Shown piece after piece: positions 28,532-36,915 of a stretch of DNA of 64,000 nt (its first letter is position 1; every line of letters begins with the position of its first letter). The DNA is from an uncultured Solirubrobacterales bacterium (GTDB lineage Bacteria > Actinomycetota > Thermoleophilia > Solirubrobacterales > 70-9). A program made the translations under genes and the position numbers. The notes beneath the pieces were generated by a model, which was not told where the DNA came from, did not search any database, and was given only the letters and a program-made list of their open reading frames with translations. The stretch lies in the NCBI GenBank assembly GCA_963739545.1, contig CAVUAT010000011.1:536317-600316 (forward strand). Direction: 5' to 3'.

Positions 28532-28574
28532 TGGGCCGGGGTGGACTCGAACCACCGACCGACGGATTATGAGT
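28532..28574 (-). repeat. Direct repeat of the 3' part of tRNA-Met (att-like site, distal end of the island)
   Basis: 42 of 43 nt are identical to 41717-41759 (TGGGCCGGGGTGGACTCGAACCACCGACC[G/T]ACGGATTATGAGT). Confidence 0.8.
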
Positions 28575-29069
28575 TCTGCGCTAGGCGTGCAGCGTCAAGC
28601 CGGCAGGTGTGTATTCCGTGCCTACAGGGCCGCTCACGTGGTCTGAGTTTTCGGCAGTTCGGGATACGGTTCGGGATACGGATTTCGTCCTCCGACAACC
28701 ATCGCGTTTGCATCGAAAGCGGCAGTCCCCTAGACCGATGTCCCCCGACGCTGCTTAGCCACTGAGCGTGCTGATCAGGCACCAGCCCAGGAACTTCACG
28801 CCTGGTGGCGACCGCTACCGAGAACCCGAGTGCAGCGCAGCTTCGAAACCGCATATCCGGTCTGGTCCCTGCAAATGAAGCCCCAGAAATTGCCGGCTTC
28901 CCAGCCGCCACCTCAGAACCACTCCCGGGCCACAGTCTTGGGGCTCTTGCAGCCGATGTTCTTGGCATGGACGTTTGTAGTAACCGGCTCCTCCGCCCTT
29001 TTGGTCGCCGCAGTTCTTCCGCTTGCCCGCTGAGGGGGACGGCGCTGGCGAGCAACGCCAGACTCATGC

Positions 29070-29489
29070 TCAGCCCTCGGGAAGTTGAAAGACGGTCATC
29101 GGAAGCTCGAATCGGTGCTGCACGGCATCGGTCAAGCCACGCTCCTGCCACCCTGCTCGGTCCTCCGCTCGTAGGCCGATCAGGATGTGGTCCGGGCGAA
29201 ACGACCGAATCGCGTCCTCGAACGCAACAAGGGGGTCGTCGGCAGCGACCGTTCCCGACCCGGATCCGCCTACCTCTTCGATCTGACCGAGGACAACTTT
29301 CAGACGCTCGTCGGCCTGTTGGGTCGCTTTGTCGGTCGCTGAAGCCCACCATTCGAATCTCGCGGGCAACGTGGGTGCGATCACGTAGATCTCCTCCGCC
29401 GATGCGATGAGGGCCCGGACGCTGGGAGGAAGATCAGCTGCGTCTCCGGCCGCCTCGCCGGCGGCGATCAAGAGGCGTGTACCGGCCAT
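29070..29489 (-). CDS. Hypothetical protein, Usp-like fold suspected; paralog of 34372..34824
   Basis: 139-aa ORF that is the last gene of the sigma/anti-sigma operon. It shares PSVRA..E.YV.AP...EW...ERL...GTV..D...F..D.I.I....W.ER.L with the 34.4-kb gene. Confidence 0.5.
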   Translation of the reverse strand: MAGTRLLIAAGEAAGDAADLPPSVRALIASAEEIYVIAPTLPARFEWWASATDKATQQADERLKVVLGQIEEVGGSGSGTVAADDPLVAFEDAIRSFRPDHILIGLRAEDRAGWQERGLTDAVQHRFELPMTVFQLPEG

Positions 29490-29600
29490 GAGGTCTTACC
29501 GTACCTAGCGCGGCTCGGTCGGGGACCCAGCGCGAGGCCGATCGGCTCCGCGAGCAGCTCGCGGACGCGCTTCAGGAAGAGCGATTCGTCCGCCCAGCGG

Positions 29601-29849
29601 CTACGCCCTCTCAGCCGGGGGCCTCGTGCTGGTGACCACGTCCTTGAGGCTCTGGTAGTCCTCCGCGCAGGCAGGGCAGCCCTCCAGGTGGGCCTGCATC
29701 CCCGGGATCCTGGCCCCTGCGTCTGCGCCTGCGACCTCGAACTCCACATAGCGATCGAGCTGCTCGAAACATTGCTCGCACGTCAGCTCGGGGCTTCCGG
29801 GCCCCAGAAGGCGGGCGAGCACGTCGCTCTCATGGTCGTGGCTGGTCAT
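29601..29849 (-). CDS. Small soluble zinc-binding (ZAS, RsrA-like) anti-sigma factor
   Basis: 82 aa, starting MTSHDHESDV, with CEQC...HLEGCPAC (an HxxxCxxC motif plus upstream Cys). It has no TM segment, and its start overlaps the sigma gene stop. Confidence 0.7.
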   Translation of the reverse strand: MTSHDHESDVLARLLGPGSPELTCEQCFEQLDRYVEFEVAGADAGARIPGMQAHLEGCPACAEDYQSLKDVVTSTRPPAERA

Positions 29850-30556
29850 GGTGTTGGTTCCTCCTCTCGGGACTCGAGTTCGAAACCGGCATCCTCCAGC
29901 CCGGTGCGGAGCTTCTTGCGGGCGTCGTGAACCGTCTTGTAGAGGGCTCCGCGAGTTGTGTTCAGGCGCTCGGCCATGACGTCGATCGGGACGCCGTTGA
30001 CGGCGACCGCCAACAGCACCTCGCGCTGATGGGGGGAGAGCTCGGCCTTGATCGTCTTCTGAATCTGGGTCAGCAACGCGCGCTGTTCGGCGTCGGAAGC
30101 GGGGGAAAGCCCGGAATCGGCCATCACCGACCAATGCTCAGGCTCCATCGGCAATTCGCGGCCCTGCCACGCGCGCCGGCGCAGCTTGACCGCAGCCTCG
30201 AGCAGGGCGAACTTGTAGGCCCAGGTGGTGAAGCGGCTGTCGCCGCGGAAGTCGTCGAGCTTGGCGAGGATCGCCATCAAAGCGTCGCTGGCGGCTTGAT
30301 GGGCAAGGTCGTCGAAGTCGTCGCCGCGGAGATGGGGCATCCCAGCCCTGCGGCGATTCACCTCGAAGCGCGATGCTCGCAGCAGTAGCTCGTGAAGCCG
30401 CGCCGTCGCCTCCTCGCGCGACGGCCCCTCGCTGCTCAAATCCCTCAACCAGGCGCGCGACTCCTCGTCGAGCCCTGGAATCGACCGTGGTGGACTCGTC
30501 AAATTCATCGTCTCGATTGTCGCGCGTTCGACGCGGGTGTTCGTCGCACTCAGCAT
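29846..30556 (-). CDS. Sigma-70 family (ECF-like) RNA polymerase sigma factor
   Basis: Region 2 (DDLAHQAASDALMAILAKLDDFRGDSRFTTWAYKFA) and region 4 (LSPHQREVLLAVAVNGVPIDVMAERLNTTRGALYKTVHDARKKLR) are present. An alternative start is at 30508. Confidence 0.8.
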   Translation of the reverse strand: MLSATNTRVERATIETMNLTSPPRSIPGLDEESRAWLRDLSSEGPSREEATARLHELLLRASRFEVNRRRAGMPHLRGDDFDDLAHQAASDALMAILAKLDDFRGDSRFTTWAYKFALLEAAVKLRRRAWQGRELPMEPEHWSVMADSGLSPASDAEQRALLTQIQKTIKAELSPHQREVLLAVAVNGVPIDVMAERLNTTRGALYKTVHDARKKLRTGLEDAGFELESREEEPTP

Positions 30557-30639
30557 CCTTGAGTCTCCTCATCGAGGGCGTGTGTGCGTCCTGTTTGTGT
30601 CCCTGAGCGGGCGAGCCTTACCTGTCGCTGATCCCGCGG

Positions 30640-30657
30640 ATAGGGGAAAGGCCCCAT
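30640..30657. promoter_or_regulatory. Island box 1: ATAGGGGAAAGGCCCCAT
   Basis: Lies in the divergent gap between the sigma operon and doxX and is followed by CGAC. It is one member of a seven-copy 18-nt palindromic motif. Confidence 0.55.
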
Positions 30658-30789
30658 CGACGCGGCAACCACCCGCAGTGATGCTGGACCCGGTGTCGAT
30701 GGCGGGCCAAGTGCCCGACGTAAGAGACGACGAGCCGCCGACGCCAAGAGTCACTGCACCACTTCCAATAACCCACCAAGGAGGTACAC

Positions 30790-31269
30790 ATGTCCTCGGC
30801 CACGCTCACCGGGCGCGCGGGCACACAGGGCGGCCCGTCCAGCGTCAATGGCGCGGGCTCAACCACGGATCGCCTCAAGGCCGACCCTGCCTATCAGGCG
30901 TTCTGGATGCTGCGAATCGGGTTCGCCGCGCTGCCGATCCTGTTCGGCCTGGACAAGTTCTTTGACGTCCTGGTCAACTGGGAGATCTACCTGGCACCCT
31001 GGATCAACGACAGCATCCCCGGCACCGCCGCCGAGGCGATGTACGCCGTCGGAGTGATCGAGATCCTGGCGGGCATCGCGGTGGCGCTGAAGCCGCGCTA
31101 CGCGGCCTACGTGGTCGCCGCCTGGCTCGGCGGGATCATCGTTAGCCTGCTGACGGTCTCGGGCTACTACGACGTTGCGCTGCGGGACTTCGGTCTGCTG
31201 CTCGGCGCCCTGGCCCTGGCCCGGCTCGCCAGCAAGTACGACCCGCCGCTGTTCGGCGCGAAGGCATAA
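30790..31269 (+). CDS. DoxX-family membrane protein
   Basis: The RBS context is AAGGAGGTACACATG. Has FGLDKFFDVLVNWEIYLAPWI...GVIEILAGIAVALKPR...GYYDVALRDFGLLLGALALARLA. Confidence 0.75.
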   Translation: MSSATLTGRAGTQGGPSSVNGAGSTTDRLKADPAYQAFWMLRIGFAALPILFGLDKFFDVLVNWEIYLAPWINDSIPGTAAEAMYAVGVIEILAGIAVALKPRYAAYVVAAWLGGIIVSLLTVSGYYDVALRDFGLLLGALALARLASKYDPPLFGAKA

Positions 31270-31342
31270 CCGCTCTCCTCCCCGGCGCAGGCCGCGGCCT
31301 GCGCCGGGCGTGGCTTGCGCGGGGGATCGTGGTCCCGCTCAA

Positions 31343-31360
31343 ATGAGGAGAAAGCCCCAT
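31343..31360. promoter_or_regulatory. Island box 2: ATGAGGAGAAAGCCCCAT
   Basis: Lies between doxX and the PQ-loop gene and is followed by CGAC. Confidence 0.5.
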
Positions 31361-31581
31361 CGACAGGCGAGATGTGCGGGGCGATCATTGGGCTATGCCA
31401 ATGGCAGCCCGAGCAGGAATCATCTACCAAACCCCACGCCCGCCCCAGAGGCGGCCGTCGGAGCCGGTTGCGCGATCGATCGTCGCCCGTGATGGCGAGC
31501 GCGCGAACGCTGAGAATCGCCGGCGCCCGGCATCCGCCCGCAGCTAGGGCTCAACCGGGCCTTCGCTGCGGAAAGGCGGCA

Positions 31582-31938
31582 ATGAGCGAGCTGATCGGAC
31601 TCACAGGGGCGTCGCTGGCGGGATACGCCTACCTCCCTCAGATTTCCCATCTCGTCCGCGAGCAATGCTCGGCGGGCATCAGCAGGAGCGCGTTCACGAT
31701 CTGGCTTCTGGCCTCGGTTCTGATGACGGTCCACGCGATCCTGCTGCCCGCGGTGGTGTTCATCGCGCTCGGAGTAATCCAGATCGGGGCAATCACGACC
31801 ATCCTCGTCTACAGCGCCCGCTACCGCGGCCTTGTATGTCCCACCCACCTAAGGAGCCCGGCCCACGACTCGGTTCAGCCGGCGCTGCATACGCCACCCG
31901 TGGGTGGAGTGCCAGGGGATGGGGAAAACCCCCCATAG
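31582..31938 (+). CDS. Small PQ-loop (SemiSWEET-like) 3-TM membrane protein
   Basis: Starts MSELIGLTGASLAGYAYLPQISHLV and has three hydrophobic helices. It is the internal start of ORF 31315..31938. Confidence 0.5.
   Translation: MSELIGLTGASLAGYAYLPQISHLVREQCSAGISRSAFTIWLLASVLMTVHAILLPAVVFIALGVIQIGAITTILVYSARYRGLVCPTHLRSPAHDSVQPALHTPPVGGVPGDGENPP
31919..31936. promoter_or_regulatory. Island box 3: ATGGGGAAAACCCCCCAT
   Basis: Lies 36 nt upstream of the ctaD ATG and overlaps the end of the PQ-loop gene. Confidence 0.5.
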
Positions 31939-31971
31939 CCGTCAGGACTTTCGCGGGCGACCATTCCGTCC

Positions 31972-33994
31972 ATGCCGGATCCAGCTCGAACCGATTTGCC
32001 GGCCCTCGCGACCGCCTCTCCCCCCCAACAGACGACCCGCGTCCCTCCCTCCCCGGGGCGCGGGTCGTCGCTCTCCGCGTTTCGAGGCGCGGGCTGGCCC
32101 CGGGCGTTGCTCGGGGCGCTCCTCGGCGGGGGCCTCGGCTTCGGCCTCGTCGTCGGGCTGCGAGCGATCGCCGGCCTGGAGATCTTCCAGACCGAGCAGA
32201 CCGGCTACCCGCACCTGATCGTCCCCGCGATCACCGCCCCGCTCGGCTTCCTGCTCGGGATCGGCTGCTTCGATTACTGGCTGCGCTGGGCGCCGGGAGC
32301 CCCGACCGTCCCCGACGACCACACCGATCACGGCGCCGACTCGTGGCGGGATTACCTGCGCTTCAACACCGATCACAAGGTGATCGGGATCCAGTACATC
32401 GTCACCACCTTCTTCTTCTTCTTCATCGGCGGCCTGCTGGCGATGGTGATCCGCGCCGAGCTCGCCCAGCCCGGCACGCAGATCGTCGATCCGCAGCGTC
32501 TACAACGGGCTCTTCTCGACCCACGCGGCGATCATGATCTTCCTGTTCGTGATCCCGGTCTTCGCCGGGCATCGCCAACTACGTGCTGCCGCTGATGCTC
32601 GGGCGCCCCGGACATGGCGTTCCCGCGCCTCAACGCGCTCTGCTTCTGGCTCCTGCCGTTCGCCGGCATCCTCTTCATCGCGAGCTTCCTCGTCCCCGGC
32701 GGCGCCTTCGACGCCGGCTGGACCGGCTACGCGCCGCTATCGACCGGGGCGCCGCTCGGGCAGTCGTTCTTCAACATCGGCGTCCAGTTCGCGGGCTTCT
32801 CATCGATCCTCGCGGCGATCAACTTCCTGGTCACGATCATCACCATGCGGGCGCCGGGGATGAACTTCTGGCGGATGCCGCTGCTGGTCTGGGCGAACCT
32901 GGCGACGTCGATCCTGATCGTCGGCGCGACGCCGTTCATCGCCGGCGTGCAGCTGATGGTCCTGTTCGACCGCGCGCTCGGCACGAACTTCTTCCAGGCG
33001 GCCGCCGGCGGCGACGTCATCAGCTACCAGCACATCTTCTGGTTCTACTCGCACCCCGCCGTCTACATCATGATGCTGCCGGGGTTCGGGATCGTCTCCG
33101 AGGTGATCTCGACCAACTCCCGCAAGCCGATCTTCGGCTACCGGCTGATGGCGATCTCGCTGCTCGGCATCGTCGTCCTCTCCTTCAGCGTCTGGGCCCA
33201 CCACATGTTCGTCTCCGGCATGTTCAGCTGGCTGCGCGTGCCGATGATGCTGACCTCGGTGCTGATCGCGATTCCGACCGGGATCAAGATCTTCAGCCTG
33301 GCTCGGCGACGCTGTTCAACGGCGTGATCCACACCAAGAGCACCGGGATGCTGTTCGCGCTCGGCTTCGTCTGCAGCTTCATCCTCGGCGGGATCTCCGG
33401 CGTGATGACGGCGATGGTGCCGCTCGACATCCACGTCACCGACACCTACTTCATCGTCGCCCACATCCACTTCGTGCTGTTCGCCGGATCGGTGTTCACG
33501 ATCTTCGCCGGCATCTACCACTGGTTCCCGAAGATGACCGGGCCGGATGTACGACGAGCGGCTCGGGCAGCATGCATTCTGGCTGACGCTGGTCGGCACC
33601 TGGGGCACGTTCGTGCCGATGCACTGGATCGGGATGGAGGGGATGCCGCGCCGGGTCGCCGACTACGCGGCCGAGTTCGGCAACTGGAACCTGTTCATCT
33701 CGGTGTTCGGCGTTCATGCTCGGCGCCGCCCAGCTGATCTTCCTCTACAACATGGTCGTCTCGCTGGAGGTGGGGGCCGAAGGCGCCGGCCGAACCCCTG
33801 GCGGTGCGAAGACGATCGAATGGCTCGTCTCCTCGCCGCCGCCGCGGTTCAACTTCGACGCGATCCCCCGCGTCGTCGGCGGCCCGTACGAGTTCGGCGT
33901 CCCCGGCGCCCGCCACGCGCTGCTGGCCGGCGACGAGGGCTACAAGCCTGCGCCGAGGGCTCGACCGGTCGGCGCCGGCAAAGAGCCGACCTGA
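31972..33994 (+). pseudogene. ctaD: Cytochrome c oxidase subunit I, split over at least six frame changes, with an extra two-TM N-terminal region of about 110 aa
   Basis: Consecutive CtaD segments are found in ORFs 31972..32595, 32534.., 32583.., 32614..33327, 32583..33737 (part), 33547.. and 33716..33994. Motifs are intact ([36 protein letters not shown]). No ctaC or ctaE is adjacent. Confidence 0.8.
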
Positions 33995-34016
33995 GCGCTC
34001 GCGTGCCGTTCAACGA

Positions 34017-34034
34017 ATGGGGCAAACGCCCCAT
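34017..34034. promoter_or_regulatory. Island box 4: ATGGGGCAAACGCCCCAT (perfect 7-4-7 palindrome)
   Basis: Lies 70 nt upstream of small ORF 34104 and is followed by CGAC. Confidence 0.55.
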
Positions 34035-34103
34035 CGACCCCGCCTGTTCCCGCGGCGACCATGGTCATGACGAACAAATCCACGAAGCGAAAGGGAGCCC
34101 AAG

Positions 34104-34262
34104 ATGGATGGCAACAGAGAGCATGAGAAGCGAGCACCGCAGCCCGGCATGACCCCCAAGTACCCCGAGACGCCAGCGGAGTTCGACGAGTCGGTCAAGA
34201 AGGGTGCGAAGGAGTCGGCTCGTCGAGGAGCCGGGCAGCGGCGAGGGCTCGGGCGCAGCTAG
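34104..34262 (+). CDS. Small hydrophilic protein (52 aa), not in the ORF track
   Basis: The RBS GAAAGGGAG lies 8 nt before the ATG. Sequence: MDGNREHEKRAPQPGMTPKYPETPAEFDESVKKGAKESARRGAGQRRGLGRS. Box 4 is upstream. Confidence 0.35.
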   Translation: MDGNREHEKRAPQPGMTPKYPETPAEFDESVKKGAKESARRGAGQRRGLGRS

Positions 34263-34371
34263 GGCTGACCCGAGTCACTTGATGAGGAACCCTTCGGTGC
34301 ACCCGGGTCGGACGCGAACCCTTCGGTGCACCGAGGGGAACGGGGCAAACGAGAAGGAGGCCGCGCAGCGG

Positions 34372-34824
34372 TCAGACTCGGACCGATGCGGCGCCGTCGG
34401 CGTCGACGAGCAGCTCCGTGAGCGGTTGAGAGTGGTGGGCGCGGATCCGCTCGGCGAGGTGTCGCTCGCGCCAATGGCGGTCGTAGTCGGTGTGGACGGC
34501 GATGACGATCTCGTCGGCTGGAAACTCAGCGAGCGCGTCGCCGATCGCTGTCACGACGGAAGCATCGTCGCCCACGGTTCCCTCGGCCTCGATCTCTCGG
34601 TCGTATAGCTGCTGAAGCGTGGAGGCCAGTCGCTCCTCTGCGTCTGCGATGGCGTCAGGATCGTCCTCGTTCGTGACCCACTCCACACGGGTGATCAGGA
34701 GTGGGGCTAGCACGTAGACCTCGCTGGCTTCGCGTTCGGCGACCGCCCGGACCGAGGGGCGGACCACTCTGGTGTCGCTGATCGTCGGGTCGACGACGAG
34801 GAGGATGCGCTTCTGCTTGCTCAT
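34372..34824 (-). CDS. Hypothetical protein, Usp-like fold suspected; paralog of 29070..29489
   Basis: Starts MSKQKRILLVVDPT... An alternative start is at 34833. See the paralog alignment under 29070..29489. Confidence 0.55.
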   Translation of the reverse strand: MSKQKRILLVVDPTISDTRVVRPSVRAVAEREASEVYVLAPLLITRVEWVTNEDDPDAIADAEERLASTLQQLYDREIEAEGTVGDDASVVTAIGDALAEFPADEIVIAVHTDYDRHWRERHLAERIRAHHSQPLTELLVDADGAASVRV

Positions 34825-34859
34825 GACGCCCATCTTCGACGATTGATGCCCGAGTTGGA

Positions 34860-34877
34860 ATGGGCGTTTACCCCCAT
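34860..34877. promoter_or_regulatory. Island box 5: ATGGGCGTTTACCCCCAT (reverse orientation)
   Basis: Lies in the 88-nt divergent gap between 34824(-) and 34913(+). Its reverse complement is ATGGGGGTAAACGCCCAT. Confidence 0.5.
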
Positions 34878-34912
34878 GGAGCCGCAGCACCGTCGCTGGG
34901 AGCATTGGCGCC

Positions 34913-35890
34913 ATGACGACCTATCCGAGCGACGATCGCCGCCGAGACACGCGATCCCCCTCCGTTCACGAACCGGTACTGGTCGGCGTGGAGGGCTCGA
35001 AGCGCTCGGCGGACGCTCTCGCGCTGGCCGATCTGCTGAGTCCCCTACTCGGACGCTCGGTCCTGATCGCGTTCGTGCATCCGTACGGGAACGTGTCGGG
35101 CCTACTCGGGGAAGGCGAATACCAGCGACTCGTACGGAAGGTGGCCGAAGAGACGTTCCGCGACGTGCGGGAACACCTCCCCTCGGTCAGCGAGCGGGAG
35201 ATGGACCTCGTGTCCGATGGCTCCGCCGCGGCGGGTCTCCACGGCCTGGCGGAGCGAAAGCGTGCGTCGCTGCTCGTGGTCGGCTCTTCACACCGATCAA
35301 GGTTGGGGAGGGTACTTCCCGGCGGCACCGGCGAGCGACTGCTGACGGGCGCCCCGGCGCCGGTGGCAGTCGCGCCGGCCGGCTATGCAAGCGGGAGGCC
35401 TCACATCCGGACGGTGGGCTGCGCCTTCGATGGTTCCCCGGAGTCCCGCCACGCCCTCGAGTGGGCGGCCGCCATCGCGCGAGCGGCCTCGGCCAGCCTT
35501 CGGGTGATCGGCGTCCATGAGCGACTGCCCTCCGCGAGCGTCTCGATCGAGGGAGGGCTTCCGATCCGCTCCCTCAACGACCTACTTCACGCCGAGCAGA
35601 GCAAAGAGCTGGAGGAGGCAGCGGCGGGGTACGGCACGGAACTGGATGTCAGCGCGGAGCTGCTCGAAGGAAACCCAGCCAACGCCCTGAAGACGCAATC
35701 GCGGGATCTGGATCTGCTGGTGCTCGGCTCGCGCGGCTACGGCCCGCTGCGCGCGGTCCTGGCCGGGAGCGTTTCGCTGGCGCTGATGCGCTCGGCGGAG
35801 GCACCCATCGTCATCACCCCTAGAGGGACCGAGATCATCAAGTGGTGGACCGAGCCGCGATCCACCGCTGTCGGGAAGGTCGGCTCATGA
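34913..35890 (+). CDS. Universal stress protein, tandem Usp domains
   Basis: 325 aa with two repeats carrying VVGSSHRSRLGRVLPGGT and VLGSRGYGPLRAVLAGSV. Confidence 0.85.
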   Translation: MTTYPSDDRRRDTRSPSVHEPVLVGVEGSKRSADALALADLLSPLLGRSVLIAFVHPYGNVSGLLGEGEYQRLVRKVAEETFRDVREHLPSVSEREMDLVSDGSAAAGLHGLAERKRASLLVVGSSHRSRLGRVLPGGTGERLLTGAPAPVAVAPAGYASGRPHIRTVGCAFDGSPESRHALEWAAAIARAASASLRVIGVHERLPSASVSIEGGLPIRSLNDLLHAEQSKELEEAAAGYGTELDVSAELLEGNPANALKTQSRDLDLLVLGSRGYGPLRAVLAGSVSLALMRSAEAPIVITPRGTEIIKWWTEPRSTAVGKVGS

Positions 35891-36243
35891 CGACCCTCCA
35901 GGTCCGAGCCAAGCGCATCTACGAGGAGCCGCAACGTGGTGATGGCTACCGGATCCTGATCGATCACATGTGGCCACGCGGCGTCTCGCGCGAGCGCGCC
36001 CACCTCGATGAATGGGCACGCGAGCTGGCGCCAAGCAACGAGCTCCGGAAGTGGTTCGACCATGTCCCCGCGCGCTTCACGCAGTTTCGAACCCGCTACC
36101 GCCACGAGCTGGCCGCTCATCCCGAACGTCTCGACGAGCTTCGCCGTCGCGCAGCGAGGCGTCAGCTGACGGTCCTGTATGCAGCCCGCGACCAAGTGCA
36201 CAACAACGCCGTGGTGCTCGTCGAGCTGCTGAACGATGCCTGA
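35887..36243 (+). CDS. DUF488-family protein
   Basis: An ATGA overlap joins it to the usp stop. Has RIYEEPQRGDGYRILIDHMWPRGVSRERAHLDEWARELAPSNELRKWF. Confidence 0.75.
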   Translation: MTTLQVRAKRIYEEPQRGDGYRILIDHMWPRGVSRERAHLDEWARELAPSNELRKWFDHVPARFTQFRTRYRHELAAHPERLDELRRRAARRQLTVLYAARDQVHNNAVVLVELLNDA

Positions 36244-36255
36244 GCCCCTCTGTGA

Positions 36256-36915
36256 CTAGGGCTGGACCAGCCCCCGCTTGATCGCGTATCGCGTCAGATC
36301 GACGCGGTTTCGCATCCCGAGCTTCTCGAGGATGTTGTCGCGGTGGCGGTCGACGGTGTTCTTAGCGATCACGAGCGTCTCGCCGACCTCCTCGCTGGTC
36401 AGACCCTCAGCGATCAGCTTGATCACCTCCAGCTCGCGCGGGGTCAGCGGGTCACCTGTGATCTCCTCCCCCCGCTGGGCACGCTCGAGGTAATCCTTGA
36501 CGAGCGCTGAGGCGGCCGCCGGGTAGATGAACGGCTCGCCTCGCAGCGCCCCGCGGCAGGCTTCGATCAGATCGCGGTTGGCCTCGGATTTGAGAACGTA
36601 GCCCGAGGCGCCGGCCTTCAGCGCCTCGAAGAAATACTGCTCGTTGTCGTGAACCGACAGCATGAGAGTGTGCAGCTCGGGTCGGCGGCTGTGAAGCTCA
36701 GCGGCAACCTGGAGTCCGGTCAGCCGCGGCATCGAGACGTCGAGCACCGCCAGGTCGAGCTCCTCGCTGATCGCGATCTTCAACGCCTCCTCCCCGTCAC
36801 TTGCCTCGACCACCACCTCCAAATCGGGCTGAGATTCGAGAACGAGCTTCAACCCGCTCCGGACGAGCTCGTGGTCGTCGGCGAGGAGTATCCGTGCGCG
36901 CAATGGAATCGTCAT
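36256..36915 (-). CDS. NarL/LuxR-family response regulator
   Basis: The receiver domain is ILLADDHELVRSGL...DLAVLDVSMP and the C-terminal LuxR HTH is LTPRELEVIKLIAEGLTSEEVGETLVIAKNTVDRHRDNILEKLG. Confidence 0.9.
   Translation of the reverse strand: MTIPLRARILLADDHELVRSGLKLVLESQPDLEVVVEASDGEEALKIAISEELDLAVLDVSMPRLTGLQVAAELHSRRPELHTLMLSVHDNEQYFFEALKAGASGYVLKSEANRDLIEACRGALRGEPFIYPAAASALVKDYLERAQRGEEITGDPLTPRELEVIKLIAEGLTSEEVGETLVIAKNTVDRHRDNILEKLGMRNRVDLTRYAIKRGLVQP

Noticed and set aside
28567-29410. ORFs 28567..29352 (-) and 28805..29410 (+) at the island edge.
   Set aside because: They are Arg-rich with no start context and poor third-position GC bias. They overlap the tRNA fragment and the real 29070..29489 gene.
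31315-31581. The N-terminal 89 codons of ORF 31315..31938.
   Set aside because: This part is hydrophilic and Arg-rich and contains island box 2. The membrane protein begins convincingly at ATG 31582.
31972-33994. Programmed ribosomal frameshifting as the explanation for the split ctaD.
   Set aside because: There are too many shift sites (at least six), no slippery heptamers or downstream structures, and some sites need +2 or compensating changes. Indels are the simpler explanation.
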